Of a stretch of 64,000 nucleotides of DNA, positions 19,557 through 30,044 are shown piece after piece. Position numbers and translations under genes: made by a program. The notes under the pieces were generated by a model. That model ran no database searches and was not told the origin of the DNA. It was given only the letters and a program-made list of their open reading frames with translations. The stretch's first letter is position 1; each line of letters opens with the position of its first letter. The stretch is taken from assembly GCA_035559535.1 (NCBI GenBank), contig DATMBG010000017.1, positions 62,001 through 126,000 on the forward strand, written 5' to 3'. The DNA comes from Candidatus Limnocylindrales bacterium. GTDB taxonomy: Bacteria > Moduliflexota > Moduliflexia > Moduliflexales > JAUQPW01.

Positions 19557-20123
19557 TTATAGAAGCTCGTCATCCTCATTGGAGATCAACAAAAAGGTGC
19601 ATTCCTCTTCGCATTGGATATCCTGATCCACGAAGCCTGGGTCGCTTATACAAAAATCCCCGGCCTTAACGGACTTTCCATTAATAAGGAGACTTCCTTT
19701 CAAAATATAGACTAACTCCGGCCCTCGATGCCGATGGGGGGGGAATACAGTTCCCGGTTGAGATTTTACCAATCGGGCACTCCGACCCCCTGCCGACCAG
19801 AGGGGTTGAATCTCCACGCCGGGTATGGGGGAAGGGAGCCACTCACACTGGGTGGAGCGAATAATATGCTGGGTCGGACGGGGTGCTCTTTCCTTTATCT
19901 CCGTCTGAATTTGTTCCATCAACTTTTGCTTCACGTGGAGAGGTACGGTTTTAGAAGGAAGGGAATACGGAAGCAGGGAAAGGATCTCTAACATTTGTTT
20001 TAAAATTTGACCACACAGAGAACATCCTGTCTGAAGGTGAGATTCTAACCTTTCCTTCTCAACTTCGTCTAAAAGGTTTAGCGCATATAGTGGACATAAT
20101 TCCTCAAAATTTTCGTGATTCAT
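19557..20123 (-). CDS. ChrR-like protein: anti-sigma Zn domain plus cupin
   Basis: HLQTGCSLC; cupin motif PGTVFPPHRH.GPELVYILKG; no TM helix. Confidence 0.8.
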   Translation of the reverse strand: MNHENFEELCPLYALNLLDEVEKERLESHLQTGCSLCGQILKQMLEILSLLPYSLPSKTVPLHVKQKLMEQIQTEIKERAPRPTQHIIRSTQCEWLPSPIPGVEIQPLWSAGGRSARLVKSQPGTVFPPHRHRGPELVYILKGSLLINGKSVKAGDFCISDPGFVDQDIQCEEECTFLLISNEDDELL

Positions 20124-20148
20124 CTCCGTTAGTTTAGGTTCTTATAAG

Positions 20149-22548
20149 CTAGTTTCGCAAGGGTTTTCCGGTCCTTAGCATATGTTCCATTCGTTGTTGG
20201 GTCTTTTCATACCCACAGAGACTTACAAAGGCTTCCCGCTCCAGATCTAGAAGGTACTGCTCAGAAACCTTTTTGGGGATGAGGAGATTTCCTCCGGTCA
20301 GCACGTATGCCAGCTTCTTTGCGACCACCTCATCATGGGAGCTGATTTTTCCTGCAAGTCTAAGCCCCTTGAGGGCTACCTCCAGGGCCACCCGCCCACC
20401 TGATCCAGGCACAGAAATATCTTCCCTCGGAGTGGGTTGCCGATAACCGCTTCGGGCTATATTGAGAACCATGTGTTTGGCTTCATACAAAAGATGATCC
20501 CGGTTCATGATGATTTTATCTTCTGGCATGAGAAATCCTAACTCCTGGGCCTCTTTCGCGCTGGAAGAGACTTTGGCATAGGCGATGGTCTCAAAGGCAT
20601 GCTGGACTTTGGGTAAAGGCCCTCCCGTTTTGACAACGTGCTCGCTTCGAATAAGAAGTTCCTTTGTGCCTCCGCCGGCGGGAATAAGCCCAACTCCGAC
20701 TTCGACCTGTCCCATATAAAGCTCGGCATGGGCACAAATTCGGTCGGATCCCAGGGCGATTTCACAACCTCCTCCCAAAGTCATTCCGAAGGGAGCTGCC
20801 ACGACAGGCTTTGGAGAGTAACGAAGGAGCATAACGGCATCTTGAAAGATTTTGACCCCTTGCTCAATTCTACTCCAATCTTGATTTCGACAGGCGGCCA
20901 GGAGAAAGACCAGATTGGCACCGGCACAGAAATTAACCCCTTCATTTCCAATCACCAGCCCTTGAAAATTTTGAGAAACCTCTTCTACACTTATCCGTAT
21001 CATCTCGATGAGGTCTTCGTCGATGGTGTTAGCTTTGGTATGAAACTCCAGACAGGCAACCCCATCACCCAGATCGATAAGGCTGGCTGCCGGATTTTTT
21101 TTGATGACTTTCTGTTGCTCTTTGAGGCCTGATAAAAGAATATGTTGAGGTCTTAGAGGGATTTCCTGATAGGCCAGACCCTTCAGATCAAAATAGTATC
21201 GGGTTCCCAATTTTTGTTTATAGAAGGTCCCATCTCCTCTGGAAAGAACGGTCTTTACCGATTCCGGAACTTCACGTCCCTCTCGTTCTAGTCTTGCAAC
21301 CGTTTCCTTGACTCCTAAAGCATCCCAGGTTTCAAAAGGACCGAGCTCCCAGTTATATCCCCACCTCATAGCCCGATCGATATTTACCACATCCTCGGCG
21401 ATCTCTCCAAGTTTTTTGGCTGCATAAATCAGATTAGCACTCAGGGCTTTCCAAGCAAAGCGACCTCCCCGGTCGTCAGCCTGAACCATATATTTGATCC
21501 GGGCCCCGGGGTCGTCGATTTTTTTTGCTACTTCTATAGAAGGAATCTGTACATCCTGCTGAGGTCGATAGTCCATTTTTTCCAGATCCAGCACCAGAAA
21601 TTGAGTTTTTCCATCCCGTTCTACTTTCTTGTAAAAACCCTGTCCGGCCTTATTACCAACCCATCCCCTTTCCAACATTTTCTCAACAAAGTCCGGAAGT
21701 ATAAACAGGTCCCGGTCCTCCTCCTGGGGAAGATCTCGATAAAGGTTACGGATAACGTTGGCGGAGGTATCTAATCCTACCAGATCACTTAGCCGAAAGA
21801 GCGCCGTTTTTGGCCTCCCTATCGCTTCTCCCATGATAGCGTCTACCTCTTCGACAGTATAGCCCTCCTCTTGCATAATCTTTAGAATAGCCCCCCGGTT
21901 ATGGGCTCCGATTCGGTTGGCCACAAAACAAGGGGTATCTTTACCGAAGACGATCCCCTTACCGAGAGTCTCTTCGGCAAAGTCGGCCAGGGATTTGACC
22001 AGTTCCAGGTTTGTTTTTTCTCCTGGGATGATTTCCAGGAGTTTCATATACCGAACCGGATTAAAAAAATGGGTAATGAAGAAGCGTTCCTGAAACGCAA
22101 GGGGAAGGTCGGCTCCCATGGCTGCCAGAGAAAGTCCCGAGGTATTGGAGGTTACGAAGGCATTCTGACCTAGGTAGGGTACAATTTTGGCCAGGATTTG
22201 CTTTTTGATCTCTAAATTTTCGACAACGGCTTCTATCACCCAATCGACCTCACCCAGCCGGTCTAGATGATCCTCAAAGTTACCCGGGGTCATCAGATTA
22301 ACCAGGGTCTTTGAATAAAGAGCGGCAGGTCGGAGCTTTTGAACATTCTCGATTCCGACCTGAGAAAATCGATTCCGTACCGTGGGATGCTCCAGGGTCA
22401 GACCTTTGGACTTTTCCTCTTGGGTTAATTGGGAGGGAACGATGTCGAGAAGGTAGCTGGGAATGCCGGCATTGGCAAAATGGGCTGCAATCTGGCTTCC
22501 CATGACCCCGGCACCTAAAACTGCAACTTTATGGATGGATAAATGCAT
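20149..22548 (-). CDS. fadN: 3-hydroxyacyl-CoA dehydrogenase / enoyl-CoA hydratase (FadN type)
   Basis: GAGVMG, SNTSGL, HFFNPVRYM, FCAGANL and LGGGCE motifs. Confidence 0.92.
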   Translation of the reverse strand: MHLSIHKVAVLGAGVMGSQIAAHFANAGIPSYLLDIVPSQLTQEEKSKGLTLEHPTVRNRFSQVGIENVQKLRPAALYSKTLVNLMTPGNFEDHLDRLGEVDWVIEAVVENLEIKKQILAKIVPYLGQNAFVTSNTSGLSLAAMGADLPLAFQERFFITHFFNPVRYMKLLEIIPGEKTNLELVKSLADFAEETLGKGIVFGKDTPCFVANRIGAHNRGAILKIMQEEGYTVEEVDAIMGEAIGRPKTALFRLSDLVGLDTSANVIRNLYRDLPQEEDRDLFILPDFVEKMLERGWVGNKAGQGFYKKVERDGKTQFLVLDLEKMDYRPQQDVQIPSIEVAKKIDDPGARIKYMVQADDRGGRFAWKALSANLIYAAKKLGEIAEDVVNIDRAMRWGYNWELGPFETWDALGVKETVARLEREGREVPESVKTVLSRGDGTFYKQKLGTRYYFDLKGLAYQEIPLRPQHILLSGLKEQQKVIKKNPAASLIDLGDGVACLEFHTKANTIDEDLIEMIRISVEEVSQNFQGLVIGNEGVNFCAGANLVFLLAACRNQDWSRIEQGVKIFQDAVMLLRYSPKPVVAAPFGMTLGGGCEIALGSDRICAHAELYMGQVEVGVGLIPAGGGTKELLIRSEHVVKTGGPLPKVQHAFETIAYAKVSSSAKEAQELGFLMPEDKIIMNRDHLLYEAKHMVLNIARSGYRQPTPREDISVPGSGGRVALEVALKGLRLAGKISSHDEVVAKKLAYVLTGGNLLIPKKVSEQYLLDLEREAFVSLCGYEKTQQRMEHMLRTGKPLRN

Positions 22549-22576
22549 GATTTAAATCTCCTCCTGGCGATAGTTT

Positions 22577-23737
22577 TCAATCTTCCCGTTGGATGATCGT
22601 GGCAATTCCCTGTCCTCCTCCAATACACATGGTTTCCAATCCAAATCGGGCATCCAGATCTTGCATTTCATGGATCAGGGTTGCCATAATTCGGGCTCCG
22701 GTAGCTCCCAGAGGATGTCCCAGGGCGATCGCCCCACCCCGGGGATTTAGTTTTTTCAGATCGATCTTTAATTCTCGAATCACGGCCAGAGCTTGAGCGG
22801 CAAACGCTTCATTGAGTTCGATAATGTCCATATCTTCCAGAGTCAATCCTGCACGTTTTAAGGCCTTCTGCACGGCCGGAACAGGACCTATTCCCATAAT
22901 GGTGGGATCGACTCCGGCTACCGCCATAGCTCGAATTACTGCCAGGGGTTTAATTCCCAACTCTTGGGCTTTATCCCGGGACATGAGTACAACGGCGGCA
23001 GCCCCATCGCTGAGAGGACTGGCATTTCCGGCGGTCACCGTACCCCCCTGCTTGAAAGCAGGTTCCAGAGTGGCCAATTTGGATAGAGAAGTATCCGGGC
23101 GTGGACTTTCGTCGGTATCGAAAATCCGAAGGGTTCCATCGGAGAGAACTACCTCTACCGGGACAATCTCCCGTTTAAATTGACCGGCCTGGATGGCCCG
23201 GATAGCCTTTTGATGACTGAGAAGGGCGAATTCATCCTGCTCCTCACGGGAAATTTGATATTTTTCGGCCAGGTTCTCTGCCGTCATCCCCATGGAAATA
23301 TAGGCATCAGGATAATCCTCACCCATGAACTTTGCGTTTAAACTGGGATTAAAGCCCCGCATGGGAACATGGGACATACTTTCGATTCCCCCGGCTACGA
23401 ATACCTCCCCATTTCCGGTCATAATGGCCTGGGCGGCAAAGTTGATGGCCTGAAGGCTGGAACCGCAAAACCGATTGACCGTAGTCCCGGCAGCCGTCAT
23501 GGGTATTCTGGCTAAGAGAGAAATCAGCCGGGCTACATTAAGCCCTTGCTCTCCTTCCGGCATGGCACATCCGATAATAACATCTTCGATCTCCTCTACC
23601 TTTAAACCAGGAACCCGATGGACAGCCTCCTGAACCACTAAAGCTCCCAGATCATCGATTCTCATATTAACCAGAGATCCTTTATGGGCCTTTCCTATGG
23701 CACTTCGAACGGCGCTGACAATAACAGCTTCTTTCAT
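22577..23737 (-). CDS. fadA: Acetyl-CoA C-acyltransferase (thiolase)
   Basis: NRFCGSS, NEAFA, GHPLGATG and CIGGGQG motifs. Confidence 0.95.
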   Translation of the reverse strand: MKEAVIVSAVRSAIGKAHKGSLVNMRIDDLGALVVQEAVHRVPGLKVEEIEDVIIGCAMPEGEQGLNVARLISLLARIPMTAAGTTVNRFCGSSLQAINFAAQAIMTGNGEVFVAGGIESMSHVPMRGFNPSLNAKFMGEDYPDAYISMGMTAENLAEKYQISREEQDEFALLSHQKAIRAIQAGQFKREIVPVEVVLSDGTLRIFDTDESPRPDTSLSKLATLEPAFKQGGTVTAGNASPLSDGAAAVVLMSRDKAQELGIKPLAVIRAMAVAGVDPTIMGIGPVPAVQKALKRAGLTLEDMDIIELNEAFAAQALAVIRELKIDLKKLNPRGGAIALGHPLGATGARIMATLIHEMQDLDARFGLETMCIGGGQGIATIIQRED

Positions 23738-23793
23738 AATACCAGAGAATAAAAGAATAAAGGAGGAAGGATTAATTTGAGAGGGATCTATCC

Positions 23794-23877
23794 TTCCCCT
23801 CTATTCCCCTACTCCCATACTTCCCCCTCCCCACACTTCCCTACTTTCATACCTCCATACTCCCACACTTTCCATCC
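23794..23877. repeat. Degenerate 8-bp tandem repeat (CTCCCATA/CTCCCACA)
   Basis: actcccatac..ctcccacact..ctccatactcccacact; same unit at 30918-30985. Confidence 0.7.
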
Positions 23878-23878
23878 T

Positions 23879-25042
23879 TTATCCCTCTAAACCTCCTTTA
23901 TAACCTAAAATATTGCGAGCTATGATAATGCGTTGAATCTCGGAGGTCCCTTCATATAGTCGGGTGACCCGAACATCCCGGTAGATTCGTTCGACGGGAA
24001 GCTCTTGAATCCACCCCATTCCTCCATGGATCTGTACTGCTCGGTCGGCAACCCGATTAACCATTTCGGTGGCATAGAGTTTTGTCATGGCCACTTCTGC
24101 CGGAATCCTCTCTCCTTTATCGTAGCGAATTGCCGTTGCGTAGACCATCATCCTGGCAGCGTAAATCTCGGTGGCACTATCGGCCAGCATCCATTGGATG
24201 GCCTGTCTTTCAGCGATGGGTTTTCCGAAGGTTACGCGACGCTTGGCATATTCCGTAGACATCTCCAGAAGTCTTTCGGCTGTGCCCACACAACTGGCTG
24301 CCAGGGTGAGACGACCATCATCTAGAGTCTTCATGGCGGTGATAAATCCCATTCCTTCCTTTCCGATTACATTCTCGGCAGGAACCTCACAATTATCGAA
24401 TATCAACTCACTGTGATAAACCCCCCGGCTTCCCATCGTTTTATGAATCTGCCCTACGGAGAATCCTGGAGTTCCTTTTTCAACCAAAAAGGCCGTAATC
24501 CCGCCGTGAGCTCTTTTCTCCTTATCTGTAACGGCCAGAACTGTAACCAGATCGGCTAAGGGGCCATTGGTAATGAAGTGTTTCCGACCGTTAATGATAT
24601 ACCTGTCTCCTTTTCGGACGGCCTGGGTAGAAATATTGGCGGCATCGGACCCGGCTCCCGGCTCACTCAGGGCAAAAGCCGTGATATATTCCCCGCTGGC
24701 GATCTTAGGAAGATACTTCCGTTTCTGTTCCTCAGTTCCATCCAGTACAATGGGTTTGGAGCCAATTCCGTTATTAACCCCACAGATGGTTTTAAAAGCT
24801 GAATGCGCCCAACCCAGCTCTTCGGCTGCAAGACAATATCCAAAGGTACCGATCCCGGATCCCCCATACTCGGTAGGAATCGTTAAACCAAAAAAGCCGA
24901 GTTCCCTCATCTTTTGAAGGGCTTCTTCAGGAATTTTTCCAGTCCGTTCCACTTCCTCTTCCAGAGGCATTAATTCTTTTCTGACAAAGGTACGAACCAT
25001 ATTTTTAAGGTCTTTAAGATCTTCGGGAATTAAAAAGTCCAT
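23879..25042 (-). CDS. Acyl-CoA dehydrogenase (canonical)
   Basis: FALSEPGAGSD, QIHGGMG and YEGTSEIQR motifs; start at MDFLIP after an AAGGAGAGG RBS. Confidence 0.93.
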   Translation of the reverse strand: MDFLIPEDLKDLKNMVRTFVRKELMPLEEEVERTGKIPEEALQKMRELGFFGLTIPTEYGGSGIGTFGYCLAAEELGWAHSAFKTICGVNNGIGSKPIVLDGTEEQKRKYLPKIASGEYITAFALSEPGAGSDAANISTQAVRKGDRYIINGRKHFITNGPLADLVTVLAVTDKEKRAHGGITAFLVEKGTPGFSVGQIHKTMGSRGVYHSELIFDNCEVPAENVIGKEGMGFITAMKTLDDGRLTLAASCVGTAERLLEMSTEYAKRRVTFGKPIAERQAIQWMLADSATEIYAARMMVYATAIRYDKGERIPAEVAMTKLYATEMVNRVADRAVQIHGGMGWIQELPVERIYRDVRVTRLYEGTSEIQRIIIARNILGYKGGLEG

Positions 25043-25358
25043 AATCCTCTCCTTTAATTTTCTGACATAAACATTGACATCGACTCTAAGTTTAGAGGAA
25101 GTTTTCAGATAAGGCAAGTGGATTTTTTTATTTCAAACCCCGGGAGCAGGGATAAAAAAAGAGGCTCATCCCCGTTAAGGCAAAGTATCCGTATCGGCCC
25201 AGCAGGTATAACTTTTTTCTATTTAAACACTCCCCTCCTCGCGGCGGCTTTAAGGGTATCAGCTTTTCCCGAAAGTTCCCCCAAGAGGGGGAAAGTAGAA
25301 GGATAGATCTATTAAGATAGGGGCTCCCATTCATTCTGACCGGATCGAAAAAATTGTA

Positions 25359-25877
25359 CTAGCGATTTGACTGATGAAGAGTAGAGAAGACAGGTCCTAT
25401 AATATCCGGTGTAACTATCCAGGCTAACTCCCATCTACGGCCGATTCCTGCCGATTCAGCGGAATCCCCTCGCACCAGACAGACTATTCCACCCATGCGA
25501 AACCGGACGATAATCCGGTCCGGGTTATCCACAAGCAATAAACTCACAAGACGTGACAGAAACGGTAGATGACCGACAACCATGAGGGATTGTGTTTCGA
25601 CGTCCAGTTGTTCCGCCAGCGGCCGTACATCATCGTTTGGTGCCAGCCCGGGAACGGTTCGGATCTTATCCTTCAAGAAAAGGGCTTCTGCGAAGATGAG
25701 CGCGGTTTCCTCAGCCCGACGTTTCCCACTGTGGCGAATCTCGGCGGGGTGTAGTCCGATCCGAGCAGCAAAATCGGCAACACGCCGGACTTCTTCTCTT
25801 CCTCGATCCGTTAAAGGACGTGTCGGATCCTCACTTTCGCTCTTGGCTTCACCATGTTGAATAAGATAGAGTTCCAT
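25359..25877 (-). CDS. sixA: Phosphohistidine phosphatase SixA
   Basis: LIQHGEA, RPLT, HSGKRRAEETA and VGHLP motifs. Confidence 0.88.
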   Translation of the reverse strand: MELYLIQHGEAKSESEDPTRPLTDRGREEVRRVADFAARIGLHPAEIRHSGKRRAEETALIFAEALFLKDKIRTVPGLAPNDDVRPLAEQLDVETQSLMVVGHLPFLSRLVSLLLVDNPDRIIVRFRMGGIVCLVRGDSAESAGIGRRWELAWIVTPDIIGPVFSTLHQSNR

Positions 25878-26106
25878 AGTTTTCTTTATCGAGCACCTCA
25901 GGCTCCGGAGACGTCAAAGTCGTCCAGTTTAAAACTTCCGAAGTCTGGGACTTTAGAGTTTTCATCCTTTTCTTACCAGGAGGTACCTTAAACCCCTCGG
26001 TCTTTTATCTTTATCGAGTTCTTTGATCAGGAGGGGCAGCAAAAGGCGTAGGTTGAAAGTAATCAATCCGATTCTATAAGGGTTATCGGGTTGAAACCTT
26101 TTCGGG

Positions 26107-27306
26107 TTATAAAGTCGAAGTCTGGATTGTTACGTCGGATCGCTTTACTACGTCTGGCAGCAAGGCAAGACCCAGTCCCGGGCCTTCAGGTGCATAGATA
26201 TATCCGTTTTCTATACGGGGAAGCCGGGTCACCAGCTTGGGATACCAACCATAGTAGAAGGCCCGTACGGTCTCTTGAATTAAAGCGTTAGGTGCGTTTA
26301 TGCACAGATGAACCGAAGCCACGAGGGTTACGGGACCTGTGCAGTCATGGGGAGCAAAGGGGAGGTGATGAGTTTCGGCCAGTGAAGCGATACGGCGGGC
26401 TTCTGACAGGCCACCTGCCCAGGCTACATCCAGCATGACAATGCTGGTGGCATGACGTTCTAACATCTCACGAAAAGCAAAACGGGTAGATACGGTTTCG
26501 CTGGCACAAGTTGGGATGTGGGTAGAGGCCTTAAACTGGGATAGGGCATCCAGATTGTCCATACGAATGGGATCTTCAAACCACATGGGCTCGATTTCTT
26601 CAAGGGCTTTGGCAATCCGTATCGCAGAGGGGAGATTCCAGAGGCCATGCATTTCTACCGCTATCTCCATACGACGTCCAACCGCCTTTCGTATCTTTCG
26701 GAACGGCTCTACACCCTTGTCCAGATCTTCAAGACTGATGGATTGACCGTTGGTTTTCGGAGCGAACTGATCAAAGGGCCATATCTTCATGGCACAAATT
26801 CCCTGGCTGAGCAGACTTTCGGCCAGTTCATCGGCCCGGTAGAGAAAAGCTTCAAGGTCTTCGTAGGGACCCTCTTTAGAAGATTGAAAAGAACCTACTG
26901 CCACCTGTTGTGTGGCACTGATTCCATAGCGATAACCCGCGCAGGTATTGTAAATTTGAATACGCTCCCGATAAGGCCCTCCCAGCAATTGATAAATGGG
27001 AAGCCCGGTGACCTGTCCGAAAATATCCCACAGGGCGATATCAATGGCAGAGAGTCCCCGAATTTCTGCACCCCGACTCAAAGTCGTTCTTCCACGGGCA
27101 AAGATCTCATTCCAATGTCGTTCGATATGAAGAGGGTTTTTCCCCAACAGGTAAGGGGCAACCTGGGAGTGAATAAAGGTAGCTACCGTATGGGGTCCAT
27201 AGGTGGTTTCTCCTAACCCCACGATACCCTGGTCGGTATAAAGGTGAACGAAAAGAATATGTGGAAACTCGGCCACATGGATCGTATCGATACGGGTAAT
27301 TTTCAT
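26107..27306 (-). CDS. Mandelate racemase/muconate lactonizing enzyme family (acid-sugar dehydratase-like)
   Basis: SAIDIALWDI.G, KIWPFD, WFEDP and APHDC motifs. Confidence 0.9.
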   Translation of the reverse strand: MKITRIDTIHVAEFPHILFVHLYTDQGIVGLGETTYGPHTVATFIHSQVAPYLLGKNPLHIERHWNEIFARGRTTLSRGAEIRGLSAIDIALWDIFGQVTGLPIYQLLGGPYRERIQIYNTCAGYRYGISATQQVAVGSFQSSKEGPYEDLEAFLYRADELAESLLSQGICAMKIWPFDQFAPKTNGQSISLEDLDKGVEPFRKIRKAVGRRMEIAVEMHGLWNLPSAIRIAKALEEIEPMWFEDPIRMDNLDALSQFKASTHIPTCASETVSTRFAFREMLERHATSIVMLDVAWAGGLSEARRIASLAETHHLPFAPHDCTGPVTLVASVHLCINAPNALIQETVRAFYYGWYPKLVTRLPRIENGYIYAPEGPGLGLALLPDVVKRSDVTIQTSTL

Positions 27307-27387
27307 AAAATAACAGGCCGTAGAGGGTGGACGGGCAAAGTTCTTTTTTACTTATTTTTGAACTGCTCCCGGTCCACCCTCTCTCCG

Positions 27388-29973
27388 TTAAACCCCAAGG
27401 GATCGAATTCGAAGTTCTTCATTTTCCATCAACTCCCGGGTATCTCCTGTATAGATGATTTGACCGTTATTAATGATGTAAGCCCAATCAGAGAGATTCA
27501 AGGCGATATGGGCGTTTTGTTCGACCAGGAGTAGTGTGGTTTCTCCTCGAATCTGCTCTAGAATGTTGTACACATCGGTAACAATGGCCGGGGCTAATCC
27601 TTCGAAGGGCTCATCCAAAAGAAGAAGCTCTACATTTCCCATTAAAGCCCGGGCAATGGCCAGCATCTGACGCTCTCCCCCGCTTAAATGTTCCCCCCTT
27701 CGCTGTCTCAAGGTTTTCAATTTGGGAAAACTCTCGTAAACCTTTTCCAGGTTCCATCCCTCAGGGCCACGTTCTCGATAAGCAATGAGGAGATTTTGCT
27801 CTACGGTGAGATTAGGAAAAATTCGCCGTCCTTCCGGGACGATTCCAATCCCCAATCGGGCTATGGATTCAGGAGAATATCGGGTGGTTTCTATATCCTT
27901 GAAGAGGATCTGTCCACTCCTTGGAGGGTTGGTCCCCATGATGCTTTTAAGGGTTGTCGTTTTACCCGCTCCATTTCTTCCCAGGAGGCATACAACTTCC
28001 TTCTCCCGAATCTCCAGGCTTACATCATGGAGAATATGACTCTTTCCATAATAGGTATTGATGTTGTTCAGGCTGAGGAGAGGACGCCGGGATTCTCGGG
28101 GAACTTTCTCTTCTTCGGGCTTACCAGGCTCTTTGACCCTAATCTGGGTACCTCCCAAATAAGCCTGTTGGACGGCTTCATTTCGTTGAATTTCTTCAGG
28201 AGTTCCCTCTGCAAGAACCCGTCCTTGATGTAACACAGTAATCCGGTCTGAGAGGGCTAAAACCCGATCAATATCATGCTCGATGAGGAGGATGGTTAAC
28301 TTTCCGGCAAGTTCTTTGATAAACTTACTGATACGGGTTCTTTCCACAGGAGGTAGTCCGGCTAAAGGTTCATCCAGCAACAGAATATCCGGTTTGGTTC
28401 CCAGGGCAATTCCGATCTCCAATAATCGTTGATCTCCATGGGAAAGATTACTGGCTAACACTTCTTCTTTACCCTGAAGACCTACCAAAGCTACAATCCG
28501 CTCGGCCTCCTTCCACAGATCCTGGAGTTGATCGGCTCTTGAGATCATATTGAACCGATGTTTGCTGGCCGCCTGTACGGCAATGCGTATATTTTCCAGA
28601 ACCGTTAGTTGTTGAAAGATACTGATAATTTGAAAGGATCGGGAGATCCCTCGTTGGATAAACGCATAGGGAGGTAGTCCGGTTATTTCTTCCCCTTTGA
28701 GAAAAATATGGCCTTTATCTACGGGCAGGAGACCGGTTAATAAATTAAAAAAAGTCGTTTTACCTGCCCCATTAGGTCCAATAATGGAATGTAATTCCCC
28801 CTCCCGAACTGAAAAACTGACATTATCTGTGGCAGCCAGGGCCCCAAAGCGTTTTTCCAGATTTTTAACCACCAGAAGCTCAGAGGTGGAAACAGGACGC
28901 GGAGATGCAGTATCCCGAGACGCGGAGACCCGGGGACGCGAGGACGTAGAGATAATCCCCAGGTCTCCTCCCCGTGTCCCCGTATCCCCGCGTCCCCGGG
29001 TCTCCGACTCCCTGCGTCCCCATAAACCCAGGGGTAGGAATGAAAATAATTTCTTAGCGATTCCTACAAGACCTTCAGGAGAGAATAGGATAAAGAGCAT
29101 GAAAAGAGTTCCGAAGTAGACCATCCAGTTTTCTGTGTAGGTGGTCAGAAAATCCCTCAGAAAGATGAAAAACAGGGCTCCCACTGCAGGGCCAAAGAAA
29201 TTGTGCATCCCACCTACCAAAGTCATGGCTACAATCTCACCGGACATGGTCACATGAACGGTTTCGGGATAAACAAATTTTAAAAGGAAGGCATAAAGTA
29301 CCCCGGCCAATCCGGTAAAGGTTGTAGAGACAATAAAGGCAACCAGTTTATATTGTTTGGTATTGTATCCTACACAACTGGCACGCTGCTCGTTCTCCCG
29401 GATGGCTTGAAGAACCTTACCAAAGGGAGAGTGAACGATACGCCAGATGAGAAAAGTGGATATGGCAACGATGATGGCTACAAAATAGTAGTAGGTTTGA
29501 GCATTTGAGAGAGACAGGGTAAAAAAGGGTGGAAAGCCTACAGGCAGGCGAGTAATACCCCCCAACCCATTTTCCCCTCCGGTTATAGAGGTGGCCCGGT
29601 ATACGATATAAAAAAACATCTGGGTAAAAGCAAGGGTCAAAAGGGAGAAATAGACACCTCGCCGGCGCATGATGAGAAATCCAACTCCAGCTCCCAACAG
29701 GGTGGCTGTTAAAATCCCAACGATAAGGGGCAGTATCATTCCTTTAGAGAGATGAAGTTGGGTGAGGGCCGCTGCATAGGCTGCCAGACCAAAGAAAGCA
29801 CCGTGTCCAAAGGAAACAAGGCCGGTATATCCCAACAACAGATTATAGCCAAAACCCAACAGGGTAAAAATAATAATTTCGGTAGCCAGTGAGGTGGTAG
29901 AACCGAAGTATTCAACTGCAAAGGGTAATAAGAGTAGAAAAATAAAAAAGGGAATGAGAGGATTTTTTAACAA
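27388..29973 (-). CDS. Fused branched-chain amino acid ABC permease and two ATPase domains (LivM-LivG-LivF)
   Basis: Permease motifs SFGHGAFFG and TGGENG; Walker A GPNGAGKTT and GRNGAGKTT; signatures LSHGDQR and LSGGERQ. Confidence 0.92.
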   Translation of the reverse strand: MLKNPLIPFFIFLLLLPFAVEYFGSTTSLATEIIIFTLLGFGYNLLLGYTGLVSFGHGAFFGLAAYAAALTQLHLSKGMILPLIVGILTATLLGAGVGFLIMRRRGVYFSLLTLAFTQMFFYIVYRATSITGGENGLGGITRLPVGFPPFFTLSLSNAQTYYYFVAIIVAISTFLIWRIVHSPFGKVLQAIRENEQRASCVGYNTKQYKLVAFIVSTTFTGLAGVLYAFLLKFVYPETVHVTMSGEIVAMTLVGGMHNFFGPAVGALFFIFLRDFLTTYTENWMVYFGTLFMLFILFSPEGLVGIAKKLFSFLPLGLWGRRESETRGRGDTGTRGGDLGIISTSSRPRVSASRDTASPRPVSTSELLVVKNLEKRFGALAATDNVSFSVREGELHSIIGPNGAGKTTFFNLLTGLLPVDKGHIFLKGEEITGLPPYAFIQRGISRSFQIISIFQQLTVLENIRIAVQAASKHRFNMISRADQLQDLWKEAERIVALVGLQGKEEVLASNLSHGDQRLLEIGIALGTKPDILLLDEPLAGLPPVERTRISKFIKELAGKLTILLIEHDIDRVLALSDRITVLHQGRVLAEGTPEEIQRNEAVQQAYLGGTQIRVKEPGKPEEEKVPRESRRPLLSLNNINTYYGKSHILHDVSLEIREKEVVCLLGRNGAGKTTTLKSIMGTNPPRSGQILFKDIETTRYSPESIARLGIGIVPEGRRIFPNLTVEQNLLIAYRERGPEGWNLEKVYESFPKLKTLRQRRGEHLSGGERQMLAIARALMGNVELLLLDEPFEGLAPAIVTDVYNILEQIRGETTLLLVEQNAHIALNLSDWAYIINNGQIIYTGDTRELMENEELRIRSLGV
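28894..29021. repeat. Palindromic octamer-repeat element inserted in frame in the ABC gene
   Basis: Perfect 17-bp IR ggagacccggggacgcg (28924-28940) / cgcgtccccgggtctcc (28989-29005); encodes an R/G/S/P-rich linker. Confidence 0.8.
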
Positions 29974-30044
29974 ATCTATCCAATGTCCGTGGTTTGTTGT
30001 GGGTGGCTCTTGCTAAGAGGCCATAGACAACAGACCCTGGACCG

